Below are positions 37,551 to 51,599 of a DNA stretch of 62,546 nucleotides, one piece after another. How positions within the stretch are numbered: the first letter of the stretch is position 1; every line of letters begins with the position of its first letter. The notes beneath the pieces are model-generated. The model was not told where the DNA came from, searched no databases, and was given only the letters and a program-made list of their open reading frames with translations. Source of the stretch: Ginglymostoma cirratum (Eukaryota); the NCBI GenBank assembly GCA_024137785.1, contig JAHRHZ010000221.1, forward strand, positions 186,001-248,546. Reading direction: 5' to 3'. A program made the translations under genes and the position numbers.

Positions 37551-39879
37551 TTATGGACACGTATCCATCTGGATAATTTGCTTGGTCATTCAGTGTTATT
37601 TTCCTTTTTGGCTCTCACATTTATGGGTGCAATTTAAAAGTAATGGGTGAGCTGAGATGGGAAATATTGTTACTTGGATATTTGTCAATCTTTGGTGTTG
37701 TCTCCCACAGAGGACTGTGAAAGCTGGCATTGATTATGTTTAAGATAGGGATTGATAAATCTGATAACCAGTGGAGTACAAGGTTATGGGGTTCATGTGG
37801 ATAAAATGGCATTGGTGTGTTCAATTAATCATGATTGTATTAGATAGTGGGGCAGACTCGAAGAGAGCCAATTCCTGTTCCAATTTTAGTACTGAATGAC
37901 ATACCTCCTGTTCTGAAGATGTCTTGAGTGTAGAGCTCCTACCCAGGGGAAACATCGTTCCTGGGTTTATACTGTCCAGCTCTAAGATTTTTGACTGCTT
38001 TGATCAGAACTCTGGAGATTACAAGAGCAGCCTACCCTCTCTGCTCTTTGATTTGACATTGAACAGTTTTAACAAACAGCAAAGCTGCCTTTATAGACAA
38101 GGCTATAAGATTAAACAAGAACAGGAGGCAGATGACGAATGCGCCTGCACCAGATCCAATGTGTCTTTCAAGAAGATCATTTCACAGAAAACAAAACAAA
38201 ACCACTAATACATTGCTACCGGCTGTGCAATAGTTAATTAAGGAGAACAGAGCTGCAACACCATCTTTTCAGGCAAGACTATCTGAGGCTGAACCTTGAG
38301 GAACAAACAATAAAACTGTTGCAGCCAGTGCATCAAGGACACTGTAGTTTACATGATTCAACAGAAACACACTGAAGGATTAGGTTCATGACTGGAATCC
38401 TCTGTCTGTACCCATTATTGGTGTGGAGCAAGCCAACATATGCAACTCGTAACATTTATGGAACAGGTAGCTCCATAAGTCATTTGACGGTAACATGAGA
38501 TACTGCTCAGCACAAGGGGAGAGGCTTATTGTGAGGGGTTCTATAGGTCAGTTGGCTTTTTGATCATTGGTTACAGACACTTCGGAAAGCCAGTGAGTTA
38601 GTGAAGGAGACACAGACAGAGACTCTGTGTATTCGTAAGAACTACTACGTTGCTTGTACGACAGAGGTGTACACTCTACTATTACCGTGCTGCTAAAGGC
38701 AGATGAACCACAGGTTTTGTGTAATGAGGGCTCGGGCAAGTCCTACAGCAGTTGAATAGCTCTAGACGATGGAGTCTCAGGAGGCAAAAGGGCTTAAAAG
38801 AAGCCTGTGCACAATTAATAACAGTGCAGCTGAATGGGGGTGCGAGACGAACAAGCAGTATTCAGACCTTGTGGATGCAAAGTAAAGGGAGTAGATTATA
38901 GAATATCCTTTATTGTCACATGTACTCAAGAGCAGGAGTACAATGAAAAGTTTACAATGTCACCCCATATGACGACATCGAAGGTACAAAGTACCTGGAT
39001 AGAAAATACAGGAATAAAGGGAAAAAGGAAAAAAAAAGTTACATTATTTACAGTTGTTCAGACTATAAGTTAGAAAAATGAGAATAAGATTAATAAGTGT
39101 TACAGTCTTTCAGTAGATCAGCGTAGGGGGCTTCCACACATGGTATACCAGGGCTCACAAACCACTTGACTGATCCCCAGTCCAACCACCCTGTCTGCTC
39201 TGCTCAAACCTCCGGCCCGCTGACCATCTCCACTTCGCTCAGGCCTCCAACTTTCTAAACCTTGATATCCAAGATTAGCAGAATTTGATGGCCCTATCCT
39301 TTTCTTCATTGGATCATGTTGGCCCTGTACTTTCCATGCATCTTTCTTGAATGCATTCCACTGTCCATTCTGGCCAAATCATCTCTGATCTTATTAAAAT
39401 CAGCCTCCCCACACTTAACAGCTTTCATTTCAGGCCCATCTTTGTCCTTTTCCATAACAATCTTGAATTTAGACATAATTACCAAAACCCCTCTCAGTTG
39501 GTACAGATAGATCTGCTCCTTCTGAAATTTGGAATAAAACACCTTGCCTCCACCCACACACAATGTGTCACATCAGTGCAATGCGTAGATTCAATGTAAC
39601 ACGAACATTAACCTCTTCAGAACCAGAACCTGAAACAACGACCAATACCTTCTCAAGAGGATACCAGGGGAAAAAGGTAATAAAGACTGGTCTTTCGAGT
39701 CTGTTACCAAATAAAATAATAAACGTTTCTCAAGCCATTTGCAGGTTTAATCTGAATTTTGCCTCGCTTATTACACATTATACGCACAGCTTCAGTGTAC
39801 TCCCAACAAAACTCAGGAAACCACATGTTTCAAAGGCAGATCCTCCAGCACTCCTTCTATAATGATTATAGAAAGTAAA

Positions 39880-42800
39880 AGATCATCAGAAATAAGAGCA
39901 GGAGAACGACATTTGCCTCCTTGATCCAGCTCTGCCTACCGATAAGATCGTGCTGATCTGGTTGTGGTCTCAGCTTCACTTTCTTCCTGTCCCGCATAAC
40001 CTCTAACTGCTTCGATCAAAAACCTGACTAACCCAGCCTTCACTGCTTTCTGGGAGAGGGAATTCCACACTCATCACCCTCAGCAGGTGATGAAATTTAT
40101 CCTCATTTCCAATTACATGGACAAAACCCCTCAGTTTCACACTGTAGCCCCCGTTCTAGATGTCACCGACAAGGGGAAACATTCAGCGTCTGCTCTGGCA
40201 AACCGTTTCAGGATGGGAACAGAGGAACAGGAGAAGGCCGTTCAGCTTCTCTAGTTTGCCCTGCTATTCAACATGATCATGGCTGATCGAACATTTCAAT
40301 GCTTTTTACTCATAACCCTGTATGCCACCAGTCATCAGAAATCTGTCAGTCTCTATCTGAAGCATATTCAGAGTCTGAGCCTCCACAGCTCTCTGCGGTA
40401 CAGAATACCAAAGGTTCTCAACACCCTGAGTGAAAAGAATTCTCCTCATCTCAGTACCCAGTGGCATTCCCTTTATTTTTAAGGTAGGGTCCCACAGAAG
40501 AGAAAGCATGCAAAATTAAAGAGCATGGCATAGGGGTAGTGTACTGACATGCAGAGAGAACTGGTTGGCAAATAGGAAGCATAGAGCAGGAGCAGATGGT
40601 TCTTTTTTTGAGTGGCTGGAAGTAGCTACTGCAGATTACGGGGATTGGACCCCAGCTATTCAGAATGTATCTGAATACAGGTTATCGAGAGGCCTGAGTG
40701 GAGAGGACATGGCAAAGATGTTTACATTACTAGGAGAGACAGAGACCCAAGGGCACAGTCTGTCAGAGTGAAGGGATGACCCTTTCGAACTAAGATGGGG
40801 AGGAATCTCTTCAGCCAGAAGCTGGGGAGTCTGTAGAACTCATTGCCACAGAAATCTATGGAGGTCAAGTCTTTGACTGTCTTTAAGATTGAGATAGATA
40901 GGTTCTCAATTAGTAAGGAGTTCAGGGGTTATAGGGAGAAGGCAGAGAATGGAGTTGAGAAATGTACCAGTCGTGATCTTGGTGGTTGAATCTTGATGGG
41001 CCAAATGGCCCAATTCTGCTTCTGTGTCCTGTGGTCTTAAAGATTTGGGTGAGAGAACTAACAGACTTGATTGAATTTTTTGAGGAGCTGACCCAGTGTG
41101 TAGACAAGGGTAGGACAGCTGATGTAGTTTGTATGGATTTCAGCAAGGCCTTTGAAAAGGTCCCACATGGAAACTTGGTAAAAGATAATAGCTCATGGGA
41201 TTCAGGATAACTTGTCAAGTTGGATCCAAAATTGGCTTAGTAGCAGGAGACAGCTGGTGGTGATAGAAGGTTGTAGATGGATCAGGACTGGGCCTCTTAT
41301 TGTTTGTAATGTTCATAAATGATGCAGATGAGAACAATAGGGGTATTATAAGTAAGTTTATGGATGACAAAGACTGGCTGTGTGGTTGACAGTGAGGAGG
41401 GTCATCTTCGATCACTGGAGGGTATAGATGAGTTGGTCAGATTTAACCCTGATAAACATGAGGCCATGCAATATGGAAGAAGAACAAGACAAGAGAATAC
41501 TCAATGAATGGCAGATCACTGGGAAGTTCAGAGGAATCTTGGGGAGTCCACAGATCCCTGAAAGTGGCAGAACAAGTTAATAGGGGAGTGAAGAAGGTAT
41601 ACAGGACACTTGTCTTTATCAGTGAACATATGGATTACAGAAGCATGGAGGTTATGTTGGACCTGTGCAGAACTTTGTTTAGGCCACAGCTGGAGTATTG
41701 TGTGCAGTTCTAGTCTCCACACTAAAGGGAGGATATGATTGTGCTGGATGGGGTGCAGAGGAGATTCAACATCCCAGTCTTTGTTCATACATCGGTCCTT
41801 CTATCCTGTAATCAGTCTGGTAAAACTTTGTTGCACTCTCTTCATAGCCAGAACCATCCTTCCTGTTTTCTTTAAAGCAGAGAAGGTTGAAGGGGAAGCT
41901 GATTGAGATGTATAAGATTATGAGGGGAACAGACAGGGTGGATAGTAAACAGCTGTTTCCCTCAGTCCAAAGGTCAAGAACAAGGGGCACACTTTTAAAG
42001 TGAAAAGCAGAAGGTTTTGAGGAAAATCTGTTTTCACCCAGAGGGTGGTGGGAATCTGGAATACACTCCCTGGGTGGGTGGGTGGTTGAGGTGGGAAATC
42101 TCACAACATCTTAAGAAAAAAACTTGGATGAACATTTGAAGTGTCGTAACATTCAGGATTATGGACCTAGTGTTGGAAAGTGGGGCTAGTATAAGTAGAA
42201 GTGTATTTATGATGGCACAGATAGGCTGAAGACTCTCTGCCCTGCTGTATGATACAATTAACTAAACGTAACCTAAATTAACCTCCAAGTCTGCGGATAA
42301 CAACGCTGGATGGGACGATGAACTGTGAAGTATAATCCGAACAAACATGAGATTATCCCGTTTGAGAGCAAAAAACAGGAAGGTAGATTATTATCGGAAT
42401 GGTGAGAGATTGGGAAGCAGGAGACCTGGATGTCCCCTGTACACCAGTCACTGAAAGTAATCATGCAGTTCCGGCAGGCAGTGAAGACGGCTAGTGGAAC
42501 ACTAGCTTTTGTAGCAAGAGGATTCAGGAACAGGGATGTCTCACTGCAACTGTACTGGGTGAGACCACTCCTGGAGAATTGTGTGTGCACTTTTGGTCTC
42601 CTTGTCTGAGGAAGGATGGTTCTGGCTATGAAGAGAGTGCAACAAAGTTTTCACAGACATATTACGGGGATGACAGGACTGGTATATGAAGAAAGACTGG
42701 ATCGGTTGGGACTATATTCACTGGAGTTTAGAAGAATGAGAGGTGATCTCATAGAAACCAATAAAATTCTCACAGGACTAGACAGGGTAAACACAGGAAG

Positions 42801-44070
42801 GACATTCCCAATGAGCAGGGAGTCCAGAAGCTGGGTCAAAGACTAAGGATATGGGGCAGGACATTTAGGACTGAGTTGAGGAGAAATTTATTTAGCCAGA
42901 GTGGTGAGCCTGTCGAATTCTCTTCCATAGAAATTGATTGAGGCCAAAACATTGAATGTTTTCAAAGAGGAGTTAGCTATAGTTCTTTGGTTTACAGAGA
43001 TCAAAGGATATGGGAAGAAAGTGAGAACAGGGTAGTACTGAGTTGGATAATTAGTTCCAATCATACTGAATGGCAGAGTGGACCTAATGAGCCAAATAGC
43101 CTACTCTTGTGCCTATTTTGTAGGCATGAATATAAACTGTGCCCCGTTAGGGTTTGACTCACCAAATGGGGAAACATCTTATCTGCATCTATCCTGTCTA
43201 CCCCTTTAAATATTTTGAAAGTTTCAATTAGATCACCTCTCATGTTTCCGAACTCTAGAGAATACATTTTCCCCAATCTGTCTTAGTAATATTGGCTCTC
43301 ACCATCCCAGGAACAGGTCTGGTGAACCTTCATTGCACCCCCTCTATGACAATAATATCCTTCCTGTGATAAGGAGACCAGAACTGTACAAAGTACTCCA
43401 GGTCCAGTCGAAACCAGTTCCAAAACAATTGAAGAATTACTTCACTGCTGCTGTACTCAAATCCTCCCCAATAATGGTGGTTGGTGTATAAGAGAAGGGA
43501 GGCCTTACTGCAACTGTACAAAATGGTGAGACCACATCTGGAGTACTGTGAGCAGTTTTGGTTTCCCCTTAATTAAGGAAAGATATCATTTAATTTGAGG
43601 CAGTTCAGAGAAGATTCACTAGGATGATCTCTGGTGTGGAAGGGTTGTCTAATGAGCAAAGGTTAAACAGGCTGGGTTTCTACTCACTGAGCTTAGAAGA
43701 ATTAGAGGCAATCTCATTGAAACATGTAGCATTCTTCAGGAGCTTAAAAGGGTAAATGCTGAGAGGATGTTGCCCCTCATGGTTGAGTCCAAGACGAGAG
43801 GGCATTGACTCAGAATAAATGGGCACCAATTTAAGACTGAGTTGAGGAGATTTCTTTCCTCTCTGAGGATTAAGAGTCTTTGGAATTCCTTGCCAAAGCA
43901 CTGTGGGAACAGAGTCATTGTGTATATTTAAGGCTAAGATAAATAGATTCTTGTCCAGTTTAAAAATCAAGGGTTATGGGGAAAGGGCAGGAAAGTGGAT
44001 GTGAGGAATGTTGGATCAACTATGACCTTTCAAATGGCTCAAGGGGCCAAATGGCCTCATTCTGTTCCTG
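39880..44070. mobile_element. Dense cluster of CR1 LINE fragments in both orientations
   Basis: ORFs with LIEFFEELTQCVDKGRTADVVCMDFSKAFEKVPH, RPQLEYCVQF and YEERLDRLGLYSLEFRRMRGDLIE. Confidence 0.8.
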
Positions 44071-44384
44071 TTGCGTACAGTCATATTAAAAGAATAGTCG
44101 GAACATACTGAAGGGGGATAACTGGATAAACACATGATAGACAAAGGAATAGAAGGATATGGTTATGGGTGTGAGGTGAAGAAAGGATGGGACGAGGCTC
44201 AAGTGGTGAAGTAATGTGTTCTCAGACCAACTGTGCCAAACGGCTTGTGGTGTAGAGTTTATGTAACACCATGAAAGGTTCAATGAAGGGAACTGTCAGC
44301 CAAACGGGCTGAAAACCTAAAGGAACAGCATGGGAATTCACAAAACACTTTTCGCTTCAGCCCAGCTACCATCAGGGTCACATG

Positions 44385-45659
44385 CTAGGAAGTCGGGTGA
44401 ACCTGCTGGTGTCTCAGCAAGTGGGAGGAGCGAATGAATCCCTTCCCACACACAGAGCAAGTGAACGGCCTCTCATCTGTGTGGACCCGCTGGTGCCTCA
44501 GGAGGTGGGACGAGTCCGTGAATCCCTTCCCGCACACAGAGCAGGCAAACGGTCGCACGGCAGTGTGATAGCGTTGGTGTATCACCAGACTGTTGGTGCT
44601 TTTAAAACACTTCCCGCAGGTCGAACAGGGGAACGGTCTCTCGTCGGTGTGGACCTGCTGGTGGGTTAGCAGCTTGGAGGAGCGAATGAATCCCTTCCCG
44701 CACACGGAGCAGGTGAACGGCCTGTCGCCGGTGTGGATGCGCTGGTGGGTCAGCAGGTTAGAGGACTGAGTGAACCCCTTCCCACATACGGAGCAGGTGA
44801 ACGGCCTCTCCCCAGTGTGCACCCGCTGGTGGGTCAGTAGGGCAGACGATCGAGCAAATCCTTTCCCGCACACAGAGCAGGTGAATGGCTTCTCCCCAGT
44901 GTGGACGCGCTGGTGCGTTTCCAGGTTGGAAGCCTGGGCAAACTCCTTCCCACAGTCGGGGCAGGTGAATGGCCTCTCCCCTGTGTGGACCCGCTGGTGG
45001 GTCAGCAAGTTGGAGGAGCGGGCAAACCTCTTACCACACGCCGGGCAGGTGAACGGCCTCTTGCTGACTCCCTCCAGCTGTTTTCCCCTCAGCTCCTGGT
45101 TGCATTTGTCTGAACTCTGAAATGGATGTGCATTGGTGTGAAACTGCTGATGTCTCAGGAGGGAAGATGATCGAGTGAACTTTTTCCCGCAGAAGGAGCA
45201 CTCAAGGAGTGGTTGTACGGAGTGGCTTTTCCAATGCCTCTGCTGGTCAGATAACTGAGTGAATCCCTTCCCACATACTGAGCAGGGGAAAGGCCGCTGC
45301 CCAGTGTGTTGGCCCTGGTGTCGCTTAAGCTCCTGCAGGTTCTTGAAGCCCTTGGCACAGTGGGAACATTTCCACGGATTCTTGTTGTAGTGAACCCGCT
45401 GCTGCACTCGCAGGTGGGAAGGATAAGAAAAATCCTCCCCACATGGAGAGCAGGTAAACTGACTCTCCTCAGTGGCAGGGTGTTGATCATCTACGGACAG
45501 TGAACTGAATTCTTTCTTGCTGCCCCCACCTTTACCTGGCTCCTCCTCACAGTTACAGTGCACGTGTCTCTCCAGGTCAGGCGAAAGGATAACGGTGAGT
45601 CCACACAAGGTACAAACGTGTGGTGTGTCCACCAGTCGATCACTCTTTTCTCCTTCCAT
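44385..45659 (-). CDS. C2H2 zinc-finger protein (424 aa; 11 canonical plus 2 degenerate fingers; no KRAB/SCAN/BTB seen)
   Basis: Uninterrupted ORF with TGE(R/K)PF linkers; first ATG at 45659 (the track starts at TTG 45665); acceptor ttttacag at 45741-45742 defines the exon start at 45740. Confidence 0.92.
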   Translation of the reverse strand: MEGEKSDRLVDTPHVCTLCGLTVILSPDLERHVHCNCEEEPGKGGGSKKEFSSLSVDDQHPATEESQFTCSPCGEDFSYPSHLRVQQRVHYNKNPWKCSHCAKGFKNLQELKRHQGQHTGQRPFPCSVCGKGFTQLSDQQRHWKSHSVQPLLECSFCGKKFTRSSSLLRHQQFHTNAHPFQSSDKCNQELRGKQLEGVSKRPFTCPACGKRFARSSNLLTHQRVHTGERPFTCPDCGKEFAQASNLETHQRVHTGEKPFTCSVCGKGFARSSALLTHQRVHTGERPFTCSVCGKGFTQSSNLLTHQRIHTGDRPFTCSVCGKGFIRSSKLLTHQQVHTDERPFPCSTCGKCFKSTNSLVIHQRYHTAVRPFACSVCGKGFTDSSHLLRHQRVHTDERPFTCSVCGKGFIRSSHLLRHQQVHPTS

Positions 45660-46789
45660 GTGCAAAGACCGATGATGTTCAGATCCTGATGAATCCAGCT
45701 ACTGACTCAGATCTTAAAGGGAGGCCTGGTCTATAAACCCCTGTAAAATGAATGCAGGAAGAGTAAGATAGAGCACAATTACTTTGCAGCTAATTTCTCC
45801 CAAAGAACAATGAAAGGCCTTTCTACAAGCACATTAGCAGGAAGTGGACAGTCAGGGAGGGGAAGGTTACTCACAAATAGGGGAGCGGAGATAGAAGCAG
45901 ACAGTCATGAAATTGGCAGAAATTGTAAATGAAGACATGACCTTAGTTATGATTCAGAAAGCAGATCTTGTGACTGCGGCACCCTGTGAAGAGGAGGGGA
46001 TAGCACATTGGTAATGACACTTGATTATTAATCCACAGTCCCTGGCTAATGTTCTGATGACATGAACTCAAATGATTATGGGGTAGAAAGCCATAAATGC
46101 AAATTTGTGGATGACATGAAGAATAATGGCTTTGAAAGCAAGGATTGAAAGGTACATGAGAGTTAGGAGCAGGCATTTAGTTCTTCAAGCTTACTCTGCC
46201 TTTCAATAATATCAATCCCTGATCTGATCCATCCATCAATATCCATCCACTTATCAACTTGTTTGTCAAGAAGCTATCAATTTCTGCCTGAAAAAGATTC
46301 AAAGTCTCCTTCCGTTACCCTCAAGGGATATTGTAGAATGAGGGATCATCCTTTTCACAACTACAAAAGTTGCAGGAAAAGCTCAGCAGGTCTGGCAGCA
46401 TCTGTGAAGAGGAATCAGTGTTAATGTCTTGGGTCTCGTGACCCTTCCTCAGAAAGGACACGAAACGTTAACTCTGATTTCTCTTCACAGATGCTGCCAG
46501 ACCTGCTGAGCTCTTCCAGCAACTTCTTTTATCATTTCTGATTTACAGCATCTGCAATTCTTTTTTTTCTTTTCACATCTACCTTGACAAGACTCCTCAA
46601 TTAAGTTGGCTCCTACTCATCTAAACTCCGGCGGCTACAACCCTAATCTGTTCGATCAACTGAAACACAGAAACATCCGCCAAATCCAGGTGCAAACTGT
46701 CTTTAATAGGATTCCAACGGCATCGAATAAGATGACCAACACTGCACACTGTCAACGATAGTCAAGGAAGCTGAACGGGCTTGCTGCTG

Positions 46790-47380
46790 TTCCCGATGCC
46801 GGCAGGTTTTCAGCATGCCGAAGAGCCCGCCTGAGAAGCTCCCCGCCGGTCTGTTGGTTGGCCATTGCCCGAGGGCGGCCGGACCATCCCATAAGGCCCC
46901 GCGCGCGGGAAACCGCTCTATCTGTTCCGCCGAGAGACAGACGCGCATGCGCGCGATGCCGGCCGCGGAGGGAGGCGCAGTAGCTCAAAGAAGGTTACAA
47001 GTAAACGTCGGCAAGAGGTGAACCGTCCGGAGCTGCAAATATTGGAGAAAATAGCGCGAGCGGGGACATAACAAAGAGAAACAAACGCACGAACCGGAGC
47101 GTCCCGAAGCTTTCCCTCCCCCTCCCGGTGGAAGCGAACCGGAGCCGCCTCAGACTCAGCCGTTGCAGGGCCGCACCACGTGACCTCCGCGGATTGGGTG
47201 GGGCCTGTATCGGATTGACATGCGTCCAGACCAATAGGGGCTCGGATCGCTCCCCTTTGGTGGGGGGGGAGACCGTCCTCCAACCAATGGGAGCGCCGAG
47301 ATGCAGGGCGTCCACCGCCTTCTTCCCAGTGGTTTTTGGGAGCCTGAGCTAGAGCTGAGGCCTTTCGGCCCAATTAACCT
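46790..47380. promoter_or_regulatory. CpG-island promoter upstream of the ZNF gene, possibly bidirectional
   Basis: Unusually CpG-rich. E2F-like GCGGGAAA at about 46905; palindromic NRF1 CGCGCATGCGCG 46942-46953; USF E-box CACGTGAC 47177-47184; CCAAT/ATTGG boxes at 47041, 47193, 47231, 47284 and 47370. Confidence 0.75.
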
Positions 47381-48037
47381 CTGCTGTGCAACGACTGAAT
47401 TGATGGTCTTTCATTTTATTTCTGCCCCTGCCCTACTCCTTGATTTCCTTATTGACCCTGGGTCTTTTGAGCTGAAGGTTGTTCTTAATTTGTATTGATA
47501 GATCAGCATTAATGGCGAGAAACTAGAAGCAAGTCAGTCCTTTTCCTGAAGCAATGTCCAGACCCGAAACGTCAGCTTTCCAGCTCCTCTGATGCTGCTT
47601 GGCCTGCTGTGTTCATCCAGCTCTACACCTTGTTATCTTAGAAGCAAGGATGGACCGTTTCTCCCTTCGAGCCTGCTCCGCCACTCAATACGATCACGGC
47701 GGATTATCCATAGCAGTACCTTGTTCCTACCTTTGCCCCCATACCATTTGATCCCATTAGCCCGAAGGACTATATCTAATGTCTTCTTGTTCTGGGGTCA
47801 ACCACTTTCTGTGGCAGAGAATGCCATAAGCTTCCCACACTCTGGGTAAAGGCATTTCTCCTTACCTCAGTCCTAAATGGCCTAACCTGCATTCTCAGAC
47901 TGTGATACCTGGTTCTGGACACCCCGGCATATCCTTCCTGCATCAGCCCTGCCTGGTCCTGTTAGAATTTTGTAAATTTCTATGAAATTCCCCCTTCACC
48001 CCTATTCTTCTGAACTCCAGTGAATATAGATCTTACC

Positions 48038-50000
48038 GAGCGTGGGGCTGGATGAACACAGCAGGTCAAGCAGCATCATAGGAGCAGGAAAACTTGGCGT
48101 TTCGGGCCGAGACCCTTCATCAGAAATGGGGGAGGGGAAGAGGGTTCTGAATTAAATAGGGAGAGAGGGGGAGGCGGATAGAGAAGAGGATAGGTGGAGA
48201 GGAGGCAGACAAGTCGAACAGGCGGGGATGGAGCCAGTAAAGGTTAGTGTAGATAGGGGGGTAGGGAGGAGACAGGTCAGTCCAGGTAGGACGGACAGGT
48301 CAAGGGGGCGGGATGATGTTAGTAGATAGGAGATGGGGGTGGGCCTTGAGGTGGGAGGAGGGGATAGGTGAGAGGAAAAACAGGTTAGGGAGGCGGGGAC
48401 GAGCTGGGCTGGTTTTGGGATGCGGTTGAGGGAGGGGAGATTTTGAAGCTTCTGAAATCCACATTGATGCCATTGGGCTGCAGGGTTCCCAGGCTGAATA
48501 TGATTTGCTGTTCCTGCAGCCTTCGGGTGGCATCACTGTGGCATTGCAGGAGGCTCAGGATGGACATGTCATCTGAGGAATGGGAGGGGGAGTTGAAATG
48601 GTTCGCGACTGGGAGGTGCAATTGTTTGTTGCGAACTGAGCGCAGGTGTTCTGCAAAGCGGTCCCCAAGCCTCCGCTTGGTTTCCCCGATGTAGAGGAAG
48701 CCACAACGGGTACAGCGGATGCAGTATACCACATTGGCAGATGTGCAGGTGAACATCTGCCTGATGTGGAAAGTCTTCTTGGGGCCTGGGATTGGGGTGA
48801 GGGAGGAGGTGTGGGGGCAGGTGTAGCACTTCCTGCGGTTGCAGGGAAAAGTGCCGGGTGTGGTGGGGCTGGAGGGGAGTGTGGAGCGGACAAGGGAGTC
48901 GCGGAGGGAGTGGTCCCTCCGGAAGGCAGATAAGGGTGGGGAGGGAAAAATGTCTTTGGTGGTGGGGTCTGATTGCAGATGGCGGAAGTGTCGGAGGATG
49001 ATGCGTTGGATCTGGAGGTTGGTGGGGTGGTATGTGAGGACGAGGGGGATTCTTTTTTGGTTATTATGCGGGGACGGGGAGTGAGGGATGTGTTACGGGA
49101 AATGTGGGAGACACGGTCAAGGGCGTTCTCGACCACTGTGGGGGGGAAGTTGCGGTCCTTGAAGAATGAGGACATTTGAGATGTACGGGGGTGGAATGTC
49201 TCATCCTGGGAGCAGATGCGGCGGAGGCGAAGGAATTGGGAATAGGAGATGGCATTTTTGCAGGAAGGTGTGTGGGAGGAAGTGTATTCCAGGTAGCTGT
49301 GGGAGTCAGTGGGCTTGAAATGGACATCGGTTTCTAGGTGGTTACCCGAGATGGAGACAGAGAGGTCCAGGAAGGAGAGAGAAGTGTTGGAGATGGTCCA
49401 GGTGAATTTCAAGTTGGGGTGGAAGGTGTTGGTGAAGTGGATGAACTGTTTGAGCTCCTCCTGGGAGCACGAGGCGGCGCCGATGCAGTCATCAATGTAA
49501 CGGAGGAAGAGGTGGGGTTTAGGGCCAGTGTCGGTACGGAAGAGGGATTGTTCCACGTAACCTACAAAGAGGCAGACATAGCTTGGGCCCATGCGGGTAC
49601 CCATGGCCACCCCCTTTGTCTGTTGGAAGTGGGAGGAATTGAAAGAGAAGTTGTTGAGGGTGAGGACGAGTTCGGCTAAGCGGATGAGGGTGTCGGTGGA
49701 GGGGGATTGGTCAGTTCTGCGGGACAGGAAGAAGCAGAGGGCCTTTAGGCCATCTGCATGGGGAATACAGGTGTATAGGGATTGGACGTCCATAGTAAAA
49801 ATGAGGTGTTGGGGACCGGGGAATTGGATGTTCTGGAGGAGGTGGAGGGCGTGGGTGGTGTCACGGACGTAGGTAGGGAGTTCCTGGACCAAGGGGGTGA
49901 AAATGGAGTCTAGGTAGGTGGAGATGAGTTCGGTGGGGCAGGAGCAGGCGGAGACAATGGGTCGACCAGGGCATTCAGGTTTGTGGATTTTGGGAAGGAA
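48038..50000 (-). mobile_element. Young 5'-truncated Penelope-like element (Neptune-type), RT plus GIY-YIG
   Basis: ORF 48555-49892 has QTKGVAMGT and FLRYIDD; after a frameshift come a Cys linker (CNRRKCYTC) and ORF 48385-48756 VVYCIRC..CGFLYIGETKRRL..RF.EH. TAGATCTTACC flanks it at 48027-48037 and 50013-50023. Confidence 0.93.
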
Positions 50001-51599
50001 ATCTTACCAATCTAGATCTTACCAATTCAGTCTTTCTTTGTAAGTTAGTTCTGCGTCCCAGGAATTAGTCTGGTGATTGTTTGACTTTAATTGCCCTAAG
50101 GATATTTCAGAGTCAACCACATCATTGTATGTGTGGGCTTGGAGTTACATATAATCCCAAACTGGGTAGGAATGGCACATATCCTTCCCTAAAATGAATT
50201 CCTTATAATGAACCAAATGGGAAAAACAGTAATTAGGCTCTTACGAGGTCAACTTGACAAATTAATAAGAGGAACTTCAGGGAAAAAAAAGGACAATGAA
50301 GATCTGATGAAGAATTATTGGAGTCAATGTTAACTGTTTTCTTTCCATACTTGCTGTCAGATCTGCTGAGCTTCACATGTGGTTTGTGGTTTTGTTATAG
50401 AGCTCCAATATTAGGTTTTTTTTGTTTAACTCATTGCCACGTCATTCCAGGTTAGCTACCTTGACAGGGTTCTGCTCCTCTCTCCGATGGGATTTCCATT
50501 TTAACCTTTCTTCTTGTTTTCCATCATTACTTTCCTTTCCTCTCCTAGTATTTGACAAAATTTTTGCCAAAACAGCCACGTCCACATCTCATTCCTCAGT
50601 GACTCCTTCTGGCTCAGACTCACCCCACATGGATTCCCACTGAAGTTTCATCCTCTGTGTTTCGAATCCACCCAGGATCACAGGCATCTCCGTGGAGTAC
50701 AACTTTCCTCAGACAGCTTCTCTCACTGCATTGTGAAATCCACACTCAGTACTATGCACCACCATATGCAAACTCTCCTCCATCAGCGCTGCTTCACGCT
50801 GCCCCTCATTTTCACTCTATTCTCCTGCTTGTTTGACATTCTAACAAGAAACCTTTTCATTTCAGGTGTTATGGAACACAAAGAGTTCTGATGAAGAGTC
50901 ACCAGACTTGAAACATTAACTCTGCTTTCTCCCCACAGATGCTGCCAGAACCGTTGAGTTTTGCAAGCAATCTCTTTTTTTGTTTTAGAGCAATGATCAT
51001 TTATTTCATTCACTCGTATGGAAAAGGAGCAGTAACACTTTGCAGTTTCTCACTCACTCTGCAATGTTACAGAACACTTTCAAGGCTATCCAGATGACAG
51101 CATGCATTTTACAATTCCCATGCTCTAATATCCGAGTGTCCCTTATTATCTTTGTTTTTTTCCACAAACTTTCAAATGTTCTGTTCTTTTAACTAAGGCC
51201 TTGATAGCATGGCTCCTGCATTGTTATTCTTGAAAGTCTGAGTGAGTTATGATGAAGGGTCACTAGACCTGAAACATTAAATCGGCTTTCTCTCCACTAA
51301 TGCCACCAGACTTGCTGAGCTCTTCCAATAATTCCTGCTTTTGTTTCTGATTTCCAGCATTCACAGTTCTTTGCAGTTTTTTTTAGTCTGAATGCCTTGT
51401 TTGTTATCCAATTCTCTGCACCTATCGTTCCATACTCTTTGCGAGCTTTACTTATTACTGACTGTATAGCTGAAGTTTTAATCATTAACTGTGCAACCAT
51501 GTGGCTTTACTGTCTTGGAAAATCTCACATATCGTACATTTTCAAAACTTGAAGTTATTGGTCTCTAATCAGATCAAAACAAATATTTGGTGATCTGGT

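Noticed and set aside
44382-45503. Plus-strand ORFs and an alternative minus frame over the ZNF
   Set aside because: Shadow frames of the repetitive finger codons.
48443-49872. Several plus-strand ORFs
   Set aside because: Antisense shadows of the Penelope ORF.
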